Positions 1 through 13,610 of a stretch of 64,000 nt of DNA are shown one piece after another. A model generated the notes under the pieces. That model made no database searches, was not told the origin of the DNA, and worked only from the letters and a program-made list of their open reading frames with translations. Numbering within the stretch: position 1 is the first letter of the stretch; each line of letters starts with the position of its first letter. The translations under genes were made by a program, and so were the position numbers. Origin of the DNA: Octopus sinensis (taxonomy: Eukaryota); contig NC_043018.1 of assembly GCF_006345805.1 (NCBI RefSeq), positions 25,234,001-25,298,000 on the forward strand, in the 5' to 3' direction.

Positions 1-584
1 TCACCCTCTCTCTCTCTCTCTCTACAAAATACGTCTTTTTGCTATTGCTAATTTTGATCCTTTTTAACACCAGCCAACCAAAAAATTATTGATCATTAAA
101 TACATCCCAACTTTCCATCATGTCAGTTAATATGGAATAATTTATATTTCTTTAACAGAAGATATCAGTAAGAACAAAAATAAAAGTGACTTTGGAATTC
201 ACTGCACCTCTATAATTTTGTAAATAATGGTACTTGTTAAGAAATAGAATTAACATGCTAGAGTACAAACAAATGAACGGACAGGGTTACAATCCTGCCG
301 TGAACCCTTGTGTTGTACTCTTAGGGCAATACATGTTAACCATGTTTCTTTCAGTCGGTTTTCAGTATAACAGCTTTGTATACTTCAAGAAAACTAGTCA
401 TGGCTTGTGTCATCTGAAATTCTGTCAGTTTGTGAAATTTTGCAAGTTTGTCTACCATGGGAAGAGTGAGTTCCAGCTCTGTGACTAAGGGCCTTGCCCA
501 AAATATTAAGAATTCTTATCTTTGCACATGGTACATGGACTTATCCAAATTTCGCAAGCTGTATTCACAGGCAAATTATTAACT

Positions 585-815
585 TTAATCCTTTAGCATT
601 CAAACTGGCCACATCAGACCAAAATATTCAACCTGTTTTATATTGAAACTGGCCAAATCCGGCCTCTTACACAACCCCCTACAATGCCATTCTAAAACTA
701 AACAAGCTGATCGTCGAAATCCTCAAGCTATGAGATAATGTATGATTAATTTAAAAACAATATGAATAAATAAGCATTGAATTTAACAGAATAACCTTGA
801 ATGCTAAATGGTTAG
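585..815. mobile_element. piggyBac-type MITE family D (TTAA-CCCTTTAGCATT TIR)
   Basis: About 230 bp. Other copies at 9655-9883, ~38845-39445 (split by a SINE), ~59750-59970 and ~60100-60325. Confidence 0.65.
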
Positions 816-1689
816 AGGAAATTGGCGTTGACATTTTCCACGGGCTAAACCATTCTTTTTGTGTCGAGACAGAGAGAACATAAGATGAAATTAACTTCTT
901 TCGTTGAAGTTTGACAAAAGAATTATTAGCAGGCAACATTAACTATCATGTTAATCCTTATCATCTTTTATTACACCTGAACTTACCTGTTGTTATCAAC
1001 TTACCTGTTGTTATCAACACTAGCTGACTGATTTCCTTTCTCAATTGTTTTGTTTCAACAATCATTCTGTTAATTTATTTGTAAATATGTATTGGTGCAT
1101 AGAAAGAAAAAAAACAAATATAATATATATACATATGTGTGTGTGTGTATATATAATATAATATATATATGTAACATAATATATATATATTATAATTATT
1201 GTATATTATATAATTATTATATAATATATTTGGCACTACTCGTCTCTTCATTGATATATCAATCTCAGAACAAAGTTTGCCTTTCAATAAACATCATCAT
1301 TAAAGTACATTTTAAACATTCATATTCAGTCTTTACTACCACTCAAAAATGACCAATATAGAGCATATTATTATTATTATTATTGGCAGTATTGTTAACG
1401 CATCAGTCAATACTTTAGAGTATTTAGTGTTATGCTTCTTTTTTTTTTTCTTTTCTTTTAACATTTTGTATTCAAATCTTGTTGTGGTTAACTTTGCCTT
1501 TCCCCTTGATCAAATGAAGTACCACTCAAGTACTGAGGCTGATGATATCGACTAACCCCGACCCCCACCATCCCTTTGATCTTGCTGGCATTGTGTCTAA
1601 ATTAGAAAAATAATAATCTTCATCATGATCATCATCATCATTATTATTAATATTATTATAGCCTGTTCTGCCATGAAGTTTTCTGTTTT

Positions 1690-1930
1690 AGAAAGTTTCT
1701 GATTGTCTTGTTTGAATAATATCAAGATAATCCGTGCCAGATTAACCATTCTCCACGTTGCTGCTATTTCTAGTCTGTTCCGTACCATAAACATTTGCGG
1801 TCACAGTCCAGCGCATCTTTGCAGTGGAGCTTCTGGTGCCCACATCTAATGATGTGAATACCTACCAGCTTGCCATAGAAGATATTTCCATCAAGTCTCT
1901 GTTAAACAACCAACACCCAAGCCTTTTTCC
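1690..1930 (-). mobile_element. Degenerate RTE-type LINE 3' fragment
   Basis: RLDGNIFYGKLVG..GHQKLHCKDAL resembles the RTE C-terminal IFYGEL..GRQKLRYKD motif. Confidence 0.45.
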
Positions 1931-1950
1931 AACAGAGACAATATGGTAAC

Positions 1951-2109
1951 ATAGGAGTGGCTGTGTGGTAAGTAGCTTGCTAACCAACCACATGGTTCCG
2001 GGTTCAGTCCCACTGCGTGGCATCTTGGGCAAGTGTCTTCTGCTATAGCCCCGGGCCGACCAATGCCTTGTGAGTGGATTTGGTAGACGGAAACTGAAAG
2101 AAACCTGTC

Positions 2110-2175
<66 letters not shown>

Positions 2176-2367
2176 TTGTGCCCCTAGCATTGCTTGACAA
2201 CCGATGCTGGTGTGTTTACGTCCCCGTCACTTAGCAGTTCGGCAAAAGAGACCGATAGAATAAGTACTCGGCTTACAAAGAATAAATCCTGGGGTCGATT
2301 TGCTCGACTAAAGGCAGTGCTCCAGCATGGCCGCAGTCAAATGACTGAAACAAGTAAAAGAGTAAAC
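1951..2367 (+). mobile_element. SINE family A (tRNA-derived head, CORE-like ccttgggcaagt, internal (TA)n(TG)n, tail ...ctccagcatggccgcagtcaaatgactgaaacaagtaaaag)
   Basis: A box tggctgtgtggt, B box ggttcagtccc. About 20 copies in the window. Resembles described octopus OR-type SINEs (recalled). Confidence 0.85.
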
Positions 2368-3145
2368 GGGAATAGCTCTGGAACTCTAGTTTTTGTTATG
2401 TTGAGAAGCATTTAATTTAGTGGAACTGACATAAGATATATATATCTGGAGCTTGAGTTTCGTCATGCATTTTTCTTTGCAATGAGATTAAGCATGTTGT
2501 CTGCGGTACTCTGAGGTAAGATAGATTTCAGTGTTACCGTGTTTATACATTCTCCCACACACACACATACACACACTCTTTCTCTTTATATTCTTGATGC
2601 AGTATACAAAGATCATACGCAGTTTGAATGAGATGGAGAGATTCTGGTTGTGTGTAACCTTCCAAATAGCAACAGCTTCCGTGTTTATCAGTGAATGCAT
2701 CAATCTCCCCATCAAGAACTACCATCTTCTGTAGCTGCTGACAAGAGAAACATGCAGTATGACACGAGCCATGTGTTATTCTGGGCCACAACAACAAAGT
2801 TTTATCAAAGCTTATCATATATATTCCAAATTCTGGGTAAATTTATATATAAATACTTGTCTGCTGGTTGCAGTTTCTCTTCTGACTGCACCTTTGTGTG
2901 AAGTAGGAAGAGACTTAAAACAGCCTGGCATCACACTATGGAAACAGCATGCCAGGTGTGTCAGTATAAACACACACACACACACACACTTCGTAAGACT
3001 ACAGCATTCATGTTGTACTTCATCTCGTTAACCAGGAAGCACCATTCTTACTGTATCTAAAATTACGCATAAAATATGTAGGTATAATCATTACCATCAT
3101 TGGAGTTATTTGTGCTGGAATATTCTCTTTTTTTTTTTTCTTTTC

Positions 3146-3550
3146 TTTTTTGCTTGTTTCAGTCATTTGACTGCGGCCATGCTGGAGCACCGCCTTTAGT
3201 CGAGCAAATCGACCCTGGGACTTATTCTTTGTAAGCCCAGTACTTATTCTATCGGTCTCTTTTGCCGAACCGCTAAGTGACGGGGACATAAACACACCAG
3301 CATCGGTTGTCAGGCAAATGCTAGCGGGACAAGCACAGACACACAAACATATACACACACATACATACACATATATACATATATATATATACGACAGGCT
3401 TCTTTCAGTTTCTGTCTACCAAATCCACTCACAAGGCTTTGGTCGGCCCGAGGCTATAGTAGAAGACACTTGCCCAAGATGCCACGCAGTGGGACTGAAC
3501 CCGGAACCATGTGGTTGATTAGCAAGCTACTTACCACACAGCCACTCCTG
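3146..3550 (-). mobile_element. SINE family A full copy
   Basis: Reverse complement of the 1951 copy. Confidence 0.85.
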
Positions 3551-4219
3551 TGCAAGAATTTTTCCAATGTTTCCAGCCAGATCCACTATAAAACCATATT
3601 TGTGCTGTCATGCTCATACTTCTGTAATAAAAATTATTTATATATTTGTAGATATATCTGTACATAAACACACAGATGTGTATGTATGTTTATACATTTA
3701 TGTTGATATATAGATGCAGGCATGTCATAGTTTTGTCAGTTCTTCCTATCAACAAATCATATGCATTCAAAGCCATGTAAAATGAATAATCCCTTACTTT
3801 AAAAACAAGGGTTAATATTGGGGAGGCCATCCAGCTGTGTAAATCAATGCCTTAAATTTGTCCATCCCATGCAAGCTTGAAAAAAAATTTTATATCAAAT
3901 AAGCAAAGGAATAAATATGTGTATGTGAAACACACACACACATACATTGTGAGCTAGAGGTGGAAAGAATTATTATTGGGGTAATAGAATGGCTAAATCG
4001 TTATTATAATGGGACAAAATGCCTTATAATTATTATTACCACTACTACTTTTAATATTCGAATCAAGGATATTAGATTGAAGGATAAGTGTTAGACAAAA
4101 TGACTTGAAATATTTAGTTTTATTCCACAGATCAATATAATGACCATCACCCCAAATATGTGTGGATTTGTGCCTGTGCCCAAAATGATAATAATAATTA
4201 TTATTATTATTATTGTTAT

Positions 4220-5290
4220 TAAAGCGGTGAGCTGGTAGAATAATTAGCATACCAGACAAAATGCTTACTAGCTTTTCATCCGTCTTGGTGTTCTGAGTTC
4301 AAATCCCACCAAGGTTGACTTTGCCTTTCATCCTTTTGGGGTCCGTGAAATAAGTACCAGTCAATCACTGGGGTCAATGCAATTGACTACCTCCCTTCTC
4401 CTTAAGTTTTAGGACTCATGTCTATAGTAGAAAGGATTATTGTTAGGGTGATAGCAGAATCATTATAGTGTCAGTAAAAAAAAAAGCAAAAAATGCCTTG
4501 TAGTATTCCTTTCCACCCTTTACTTTCTGAGTTCGAATTATACCAACGTCAACTTTGCCTTTTCATCCTTTTAGGATCAATAAAATAACCAACTAACCAC
4601 CTCCCTTCAAAATTGCTAGAGTTGTGCCTGACTTAGAAATTATGATTATTATTAACATCATCATCATCATCATCATCGTCATAATAATGAAGAACAAAAT
4701 TTCAACAACCAGTTTTGCATGCAAACAAACAACCACAACAACAACTATTCATTTTCTGTTTTAAAGGTTTCCTTGTTTTTCTACAAAGAAATTGCTAAAA
4801 TTCATTAAAATGGCCCCATGTATCATTATTATTATTATTATTATTTGGCAGTGAGCTGGCAGAATCGTTAGCACACCGGGCAAATTACTTAGTGGTACTT
4901 TGCCTCAAATTCCGCCAAGGTCGACTTTGCCTTTCATCCTTTCAGGGGTCAATAAATTAAGTACCAGTGAAACACTGGGGTCGATGTAATCAACTAGTCC
5001 CCTCCCTCAAAATTTCTGGCCTTGTGCCTTTAGCAGAAAGGATTATTATTATTATTATTATTATCGTTATCATTTAGCGGAGAGCTGGCAGAATCATTAG
5101 GATGCCAGGCAAAAGGCTTAGAAGCATTTTGCCCGTCTTTACGTTCTGAGTTCAAATTCCAGCAAGGTTGAATTTACTTTTCATCCTTTCAGGGTCAATA
5201 AAATAAGTACCAGTTGAGCACTGGGGGTCAATGTAATTGTAATCGACTCATCCCCTCTCCCCAAATTGCTGGCCTTGTGCTAAAATTTAA
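4220..5290 (+). mobile_element. Cluster of four head-to-tail SINE family C copies (gagctggcagaatcgttag..gagttcaaattcc..gactttgcctttcatcctttcgggg; Meta-domain-like)
   Basis: tRNA-like head with B box, (TTA)n tails. The MetaSINE-like call is from recall. Confidence 0.75.
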
Positions 5291-6003
5291 AACCATTAAT
5301 ATTATCATTTTTTTTTTTTTTTTTGGAAAGCTTGTCATTTTGTTGAAAAGAAAAAAAACACTCAAAAAAGTAATTTTTTAGAGGACTACCTTGCTTTTCC
5401 AAGTGCCACATATAACCAATTCTACCCTCCAACGCTCCTGATTCTAAAGACATATAAAAGAAGCAGTTAGACATTGCCATGCTCCGTTTTGTTTTGTTTG
5501 TTTGTTTGTTTTTTTTTCTGTTGTTGTTTTATAATTATATATGTCCTTTATCAGATCATTAATAAACAGAAAGAGAAAAAAATATACTCTGCTCATTATT
5601 TACTCATGTCTTGGTGTTTTTTCCTTTAATATTTTGTATTGTGATCTTTCAGTTACACAATGATTCATCATCATCATCGTCGTCATCATTTAACGTCTGT
5701 TATCCATGCTGGCATGGGTTGGACAGTTTGACCAAAGTTGGTAAGCTTAAGGGCTGCACCAGATTCCAGTCTAATTTGGCATGGTCCCTACAGCTGGATG
5801 CCCTTTCTAATGCCAACCAGTTTAATTTTAATTTTAAATTAAAATGTATATGCAAGAAGCTCATGCTGGATTGGCCTTGTGTTTGTATGTTTAATCTTGG
5901 CATACCTGTTGATGAAGAAAGACTTCACCTAGCAAATTATTTTATTCTATTTGCTAAAATAAGTCAGAAACCATGGTCCAGGAAATAGCGGGTAGTAAAG
6001 AAA

Positions 6004-6624
6004 GGATCTTTTCCTTTTGAACGGCAGATGTCAACACAATTTCTAGTTGACTAAACACTTTTAAACTTCATATACGGGTAGAATGTGTTTATAAAACATC
6101 ATTTTCTCTTGGTTTTATTGAGAAAATTCTATAGTTTGTAAGATACTTTGTCTGAAAATCTGAGCATTTCGGCAATTTTAACCAATCAATTACCTCCATT
6201 CGACTAAAATCATTTGCTGCGTCTAAAACTGAGACATCCTGTAACTAACCCTAAACCTTCCCCCTAACCCTAACCCTAAATTTTTTTTTCTTAATTGTTA
6301 AATTAATTTAATTCCATTGCTTTAGTTTTTTTTACACGCATAACAATTAAATTAATTTAACAAATTTAGGGTTAAGGTTAGGGGGGAGGTTTAGGGTTAG
6401 TTACAGGATGTTGTCTCAGTTTTAGACGCAGCAAATGATTTTAGCTCAAAAGAGAGCATAGGATTGGTTAAAATTCGAAAAGTTAAACTACGTTTAACAA
6501 ATTACAATTTTCTCAAGAAAGCCAAGTGAAAAAAATGTTTTATTTTGACACATTCTACCAGTATACGAAGTTTTAAAGTGTTTAGTTAACTAGAAATTGT
6601 CTGCCGTTCAAAAGGAAAAGATCC
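6004..6624. mobile_element. Foldback MITE (621 bp) with long TIRs GGATCTTTTCC... and 8-bp TSD TAAAGAAA
   Basis: TSD at 5996-6003 and 6625-6632. The arms are reverse complements over about 280 bp and carry internal CCCTAA/TTAGGG repeats. GG termini with an 8-bp TSD suggest Merlin-like or MULE/hAT-like. Confidence 0.85.
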
Positions 6625-7589
6625 TAAAGAAATAGGTATTTCGTCTGCCATTACGTTCCGAGTTCATATTCCACTGAGGTCGACTTGGCTTTCATCCTTT
6701 CGGGGGGTTCATTAAATAAGGACCAGTTACGCACTGAGATCGATGTGATCGACTTAATCCCTTTTTCTGTCCTTGTTTGTCCTCTCTATGTTTGGCCCCT
6801 TGTGGGCATTAAAGAAATAAATATTAGTAATTCAAGGAGTCAGCCATGACAGTGTCACAATTGGGCATGTCCGGAAATTACATTAAAGTTTAAAATGCCT
6901 GTGGAATATTCCACAGCTTAAACTACGATCCAATGAATATGTAGCGTCATTTAATACTCGTCAAAGTTCGTGAAGGAAGCGGTGACATAAAGTGTGTGTA
7001 CGTGGACACGTGTGAGTGTGTGTGTGGCTATGGTTGTACGTCTGTGCGTGTACGTATGTGTGTGTGTGGTACGCGCATGCGATTGTGTGTATGCATGTGT
7101 ATATGTGTGCGTACGCGCACGTATGTGTACACACGTATGCGTGTGTGTGTGTGTGTGTATATATATTTACACACACATATTTATATATGTACGTATGCAT
7201 ATACAAGCACAGACAGACACGTATGTTTAAAATACGCATTTTGAATGTTAATTATTTTACATGCAAAACCATTAAAGTACACAACACTCGAAGAAATTAC
7301 ACACAGTCTGATATATATATACGTGTGTGAGTGTGTGTGTGAGAGAGAGACAGAGTGTGTGTATGTGTGTGTATACAAAACAATTAGCTCAGGCATTTCA
7401 TCATCTTAATGACCATTCCACTTCAGATGAAGAAACCTTTTATATATCCGCAACAGTTAAACAGTCAGGTTATAAAAACTGTTCGTCTCGTTACAGCTTA
7501 TGTTTCACATATAATTGCAGATTAACAGAACACTTTAAAAACACAAGACTTGTAACGTACAACCTAAACACTGTCGCTAATGAATTACA

Positions 7590-7629
<40 letters not shown>

Positions 7630-8011
7630 CGCATACACATATGCATGTGTGTGTGTGTGTGTGTGTATATTCATGCATGTATGTATAGTGTTCATTAACG
7701 AAGTACTTAAGATGTACACATATACACACATATATACATAGTATATTTAATCTTTGTGTACTAATGAATAATTAAACGTTACACAAACAAGTCGACTATA
7801 ATTTCTTCCTGTGTGTGTGTGTAATAGCTAATTATATTTTCTAGATATATATATTTATAACTATATAAACGAAGTGTTTAACATTGTCTTAAGAAGGAAT
7901 GTGTGTACATACTGGAAACACACACACACACACACATATCTATAAGACTGTGAGTCTAAGTGTATGCATGCATGAATCTATAGAAATTTGAACAATGTGC
8001 TCACACGCATA

Positions 8012-8082
<71 letters not shown>

Positions 8083-8126
8083 TATATATATATATGTGTG
8101 TGTGTGTATGTATGTGTATATATGTA

Positions 8127-8167
<41 letters not shown>

Positions 8168-8510
8168 GTGGGTGTATATGCATGTATATTTACACACACA
8201 CACACACAACTATGTATGTGATTAAGGTTAATTAAGGTTGTGCATACCACACAATTCTCTTTAAAAATTATCCTTTATATACATACAGGCACAGGTGTGG
8301 CTGTGTGGTAAGAAGCTTTGAAATACAGGTATAACAGAAACAGGAAGAAAGAGTGAGAGAAAGTTGTGGTGAAAGTGTGTGTGTGTGTTTGTCCCCCCAA
8401 CATCACTTGACAACCGATGCTGGTGTGTTTACGTCCCCGTAACTTAGCGGTTCGGCAAAAGAGATCACTAGAATAAGTACTAGGGGTTGATTTGCTCGAC
8501 TAAAGGAGGT

Positions 8511-8798
8511 CATCATCATCATCATTGTTCGACCGTGCTACGCCAGACTTCACGGTCCATCAGCATTACGGAGGTCCTGTTGCTGGATGCCTGTATCCCT
8601 GGAGATTACATCAGGGTAGGAGAGTGTGCGCCCTCTGGTATTGCGAGTAGATGGCTTCCAGAAGAGAAGAGTAGAAATTACTTCTTTTTCAGCTCTACAA
8701 CAATGTCCAGCAAACTGGACTCTCCTACCTTTCACAAGAGATGACACAGGTGGTAGTTTCCCATATATTTGCATTTTGGTTGGATGGCGCTTCCACGA
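8511..8798 (-). mobile_element. 5'-truncated RTE-type LINE 3' end with (GAT)n tail, nested in a SINE, TSD GAGGT
   Basis: SWKRHPTKMQIYGKLPPVSSLVKGRRVQFAGHCCR..RGRTLSYPDVISRD..DREVWR. TSD at 8506-8510 and 8799-8803. Confidence 0.85.
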
Positions 8799-9654
8799 GA
8801 GGTACTCCAGCATGGCCACAGTCAAACAACTGAAACAAATAAAAAAAATAAAAGAATACCTTTATAAGTTGTGCAAATAATGTTTAGACTGACTTTGCTG
8901 GTGAGCATTAGTAAGAAAATATAAGAAAATAAGATTATACCTTAAATATAAGTTATAATTTCACACCTTATGTTATCCTTTACAAAATAGCTCTGCTTAC
9001 CATAGTTAGTTTCTTTGGTGGAACTACAGTCTTGGGTCCAGCAAAGCCAAAACTGGGCATCAGGCAACAGGAATGTTGTCAAACATTTACAGCCTCCTTC
9101 CAGTTGAGCAATGGAGGCAGAGTAAAGCATCATATTTAGCTTTCTGCAAAGGACTGAGTGAAGATTAACTACAACAACATTCTCAGGAAAACTCTGGGAA
9201 TGAACGAGTCACCTGGCTGGTCTGTTCCAGATGACTTTCAAACTGGAGACTGAAATCTCGGCCTGGAATTTCTGCTGGAGAGTATTCATAGCCAATTTGA
9301 GATAAAATCTTGAGGCTGTTTATATGTTGTAAAACACTTGACATTAGGAAAGGCATCCAACCATTCAAACAATACTTAGGTAGACACGGAAGCATGATGG
9401 AGCTCTTAGACCGATTGGATCCTCTCAAGCCATTTAACCCATGTCAGCATGCAACGCGGATGTTGGATGATGATAATGATGATTAGAGCATTGGAGAGAA
9501 TGCTTTGTGATATGTTTTCTTTAACTCTGTGCTCTGTGTTCAAATCTTACTGAGATCAACTTTGCTTTTTACATCCTCTAAGTGCAAGTGGACTACGATT
9601 TTTGTGACAACACTGGTTCCAAACTGTGCTGGCGCTAAAATGGCAGCCTTTTTC

Positions 9655-9883
9655 TTAACCCTTTAGCATTCAGATTATTCTGTCAAATGTAATGCTTATG
9701 TAATCAAATTGTTTTTAATTAATCATGCAAAGACATCGTAGTATAGAAATTTTGAGGATGTAATTGCTTATTCTTAGAATGACATTGTAGGATAAGTATG
9801 CAAAGCCAGATCCTGCTAGTTTGAACATAGAACAAGTAGAATATTTGGGCCGGATATGGCCGGTTTAAATGCTAATGGGTTAA
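9655..9883. mobile_element. piggyBac-type MITE family D copy
   Basis: ttaaccctttagcatt...aatgctaatgggttaa. Confidence 0.7.
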
Positions 9884-10051
9884 ACAGCATCAGTGGCAAA
9901 CAAAGAGGAGGTTTGCATGCACAGGCAACTATCAGTTGTCTACAAAAAAAAAAAAAAAAAATACCCCAGTTTGTCTAAGTTTGTGTATACAAGTGCATAT
10001 AAGAGCCAACCCTGCTAGACTGAGGTGACAACTGGTTAAGTGCAAGATACC

Positions 10052-10270
10052 TATTTCTTTACTACCCACAAGGGGCTAAACACAGAGAGGACAAACGGAT
10101 TAAGTCGATTATATCGACACCAGTGCGTAACTGGTACTTATTTAATCGACCCCGAAAGAATGAAAGGCAAAGTTGACTTCGGTGGATTTTGAACTCAGAA
10201 GGTTGCGGCAGACGAAATACCGCTAAGCATTTTGCCCGACGTGCTAACGTTTCTGCCAGCTCGCCACCTT
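10052..10270 (-). mobile_element. SINE family C with 22-bp TSD
   Basis: aactggttaagtgcaagatacc (10030-10051) / aactggtcaagtgcaagatacc (10271-10292). Confidence 0.85.
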
Positions 10271-10739
10271 AACTGGTCAAGTGCAAGATACCATTAATGC
10301 ATTCTTTAGGAAGGAAGATTCTGGTAATTACGACTGCACAGAAAACATATCCTATAATCACTGAGGAGCAGATAGACTGGAGTTGTCCCAGTTTGAACAA
10401 GGGAATTGAGACATGCAGTCATGTAGTTTCATAGAAAGGGCAAGATGAAACAGTTTGGTGAGGAGAAGATCTTATGCATATGAATGCAGTGTTTGAGTGT
10501 TAAGTGAAGGGATAACCTCCAAGAACCTATTGCCTTACCGAGTTGAAAAAGAGAAAACTTATCGACTTTATCAGTTGCTAAGCTAAGGGTATGTGGGTAT
10601 ATTGGGTATGCAGCTATTCTGAAAATACCTCATGGAGTGACGATTATGACCTGTGTAGTTATGGGTTACCCTTTGGCAAGGCATAGCACAGGTTCAGCCA
10701 CCCTGCCAGGGGTACAGAAGTCATGGTATTGCAGTTTGG

Positions 10740-11250
10740 CAGACTGTGAAGAGGCAGTTGAAGAGCTCCACTGAGCCAACGGTGCTTCTTACATTGATGT
10801 TGAGAGGAAGAATCTTGGAAGATCAATGGTGAGGATGACAAAGCTCTGTCAAGAGAGTAACTGTAATGCATCAATTGGGGGTGGTGGCCATGGTTGTGTA
10901 ATCAGCTGATGAAAGACTCATTATAATTCAAGCTCCCAATTCAAATTCATTGTAGTGGAACTGATTGGTGAGGGAGAGTCGTGGGAACCCATGAAAGCAG
11001 CAGGGTGGATTGTGAAGAGGAAGCAAAAGGGCTCAACTGAGCCAACTGCGAGTCTTACATTGATGTTGAGTCGAGGAATCCTAGAAGATCAATGGTCAGG
11101 ATCACCAAGCTCTATCAGAAGAGTATCTGTATGCAGCCATTGGAGTGGTGGCCATGGTTGTGTAACCAGCTGATGAAAGATTCACTAAGACTCAAGCTCC
11201 CACTTCAAATTGATAATAATGGAATTGGATGGTGACCAAGACTCATGGAA
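10740..11250. repeat. Diverged ~265-bp tandem duplication; third homolog at ~44230-44335
   Basis: tgtgaagagg at 10745 and 11011; ggccatggttgtg at 10886 and 11150. Confidence 0.75.
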
Positions 11251-11791
11251 ATGTTCAAAAACAGCAGAAAAAAGGCAAAAAGCATTTTTACTTGGCAACT
11301 GATGAAGTTAGTTGGACTTGTGGAGAGTTTTGTGGTATGTGTATGTAAACAGTAGTGAAAAAGTAGTAAATGTGTAGTTACTCTCTGGTAACATTCACTC
11401 AGCTGTGAATAGGTACCATGTGGAGGTAGAATTCATTGTTCTAAGTAGGAGAGGAAGTGTTATATAATGGGAAAATTCTACTGTGCCATATCTACACAAC
11501 CACCACACAAAGCATGAGTCACAAAAAAAAAATTCTTCATCCCTGAACAATCAATGATGCTGTTACAAGGGATGTGTTTGCCCTACTCTGAAGAACTATC
11601 CAGGCCACCCACACATCTAGGATGATGCCTCCGATATGAATATTTTACTGGTATTCGGAGTCAGAACCACAAAGCCCAATTATCCTATCGTTACACGACT
11701 GTGCATACACACATCATTATGCACATGCATGCACACACGCACACGCGTACACACACTCACACACACACACATACACACACACACACACACA

Positions 11792-11825
<34 letters not shown>

Positions 11826-11901
11826 ACACACACAACAATGTGAAGTATTGACAGACATGGGTGCACGCACATTAATAAACACAGATGTGCTTACATCAAC
11901 A

Positions 11902-11963
<62 letters not shown>

Positions 11964-12965
11964 CGCATCTTTGTACAAATACACATCACCTGCATGCATA
12001 CATCTATGCATCTATATGCACGTTAACGTGCACGTCTACAACTCGCACCCCCACACCCCGCACACTTTCACTAATTCTATAATTTACAAGCCACTATTCA
12101 TTGGACATCATTATATTTACTCACAAACACAAAGCGACAGGAAGACTGACAGTCAGACAGACTGGACAGACACACAGACAGACACGTACACAATGTCCAG
12201 TTGTGGTGACTAACTAATTACATTCAAACCCATCAACTCACCCCGTTTCTTTCATACTCTCTGGTCGGTGAGGAAACCATTAAAAGAACACAGATTTTTT
12301 TGGCAGTCCCTCCTAAATTTGAACCATTCAACCGTTCCAAATTTCCAGTTAAGAAAAGGAAGTGTGGTGGGGAGGGAGAGAGAGTGGGAGTAAGACATGT
12401 GAAGTTTCCGGAATGGTGAAAAAAAAAAGGTGATTTCAAATTGCCCATCATACCAAACACACCCCATCAGCCTGAAGTCTATTGAGGTTTTTGTTATGCT
12501 TGATTGTGGATAGGATTTTTTTTTTCTTTTGAGCCAGGAAAGAGTCTTTGTATTTATTTATTTACTTCATTCTTTCATCTGGCTACCCCGAATCTACCTG
12601 CATCTTCACACACCTACCTTTTTTTTTGTTTTCAATATAGAAAGCCCTATAGAGGCCTTTTGTATATCTCAATTGCCATCTATCAATATATATATATATA
12701 TGTGTGTGCATACATACACACATATATATATACGCACATATATATATACACATATATATATACACATATATATATATATATATATACACATATATATATA
12801 CACACATATATATACACATACACACACACACATGCACACACACATACATAGATACACACATACACACATAAACAAGTGCACATATACAAAAATACGCACA
12901 CAACTACTTGTAATAAAACATTAATAACTTTGAAATCTGAAAAACTTGTGAGACTGTCTAATTCC

Positions 12966-12999
<34 letters not shown>

Positions 13000-13081
13000 A
13001 ATACACACACACACATGCACACATACAATTACACACAAAGCCATACATACAACCAAATACACACGTGCATATCTGAGTGCA

Positions 13082-13555
13082 ACACACACACACACACACA
13101 CACACATTTTACCCAGTATGTATGTATTGTGTGTGTATACGATTCTTTGATATTCATTAAATTTCTGTAAAATTGCAAGACATAACCGGAAATTTTAGAA
13201 CTGGTAATTGTGATGGTGTTAAAAGGGAGGAAGGGCGAAAGGTGGATTGTCTGCCATTGTGATATGCCTCTGATAATAGAACTATTGTTGATGCTGTTGG
13301 GTGGCCGCTTCTCCCTCTCAGACAGTGATGGTGGTGGAGACGGTGAGGGTGTGGTGGTGGTGGTGGTGGTGGTGGTGGAGGTGTTCCTGGCATCAGAGAT
13401 ATTATTTTCATTGTGATTGTTGATGATATAATTAACGTGGTGAATGTGGTGGTACAGTTAGTGATTGTGTTGTTGCTGCTGCTGTTGTTGAAGTAATTAC
13501 AATGGTATTTGACATCCATCATAAACAGATATATATATATATATGCATATATATA

Positions 13556-13610
<55 letters not shown>

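Noticed and set aside
1862-2415. Recurrent ORFs such as ..PNPLTRLWSARGYSRRHLPK.. and MTTDAGVFTSPSLSGSAKETDRIS..
   Set aside because: They are translations of SINE-A copies, repeated across the window and not genes.
9183-9320. Coding-like minus-strand segment (LKILSQIGYEYSPAEIPGRDF..) and similar 2659-2737 (QKMVVLDGEIDAFTDK..)
   Set aside because: Splice signals are ambiguous, no family motif is recognised, and they cannot be supported without homology or RNA data.
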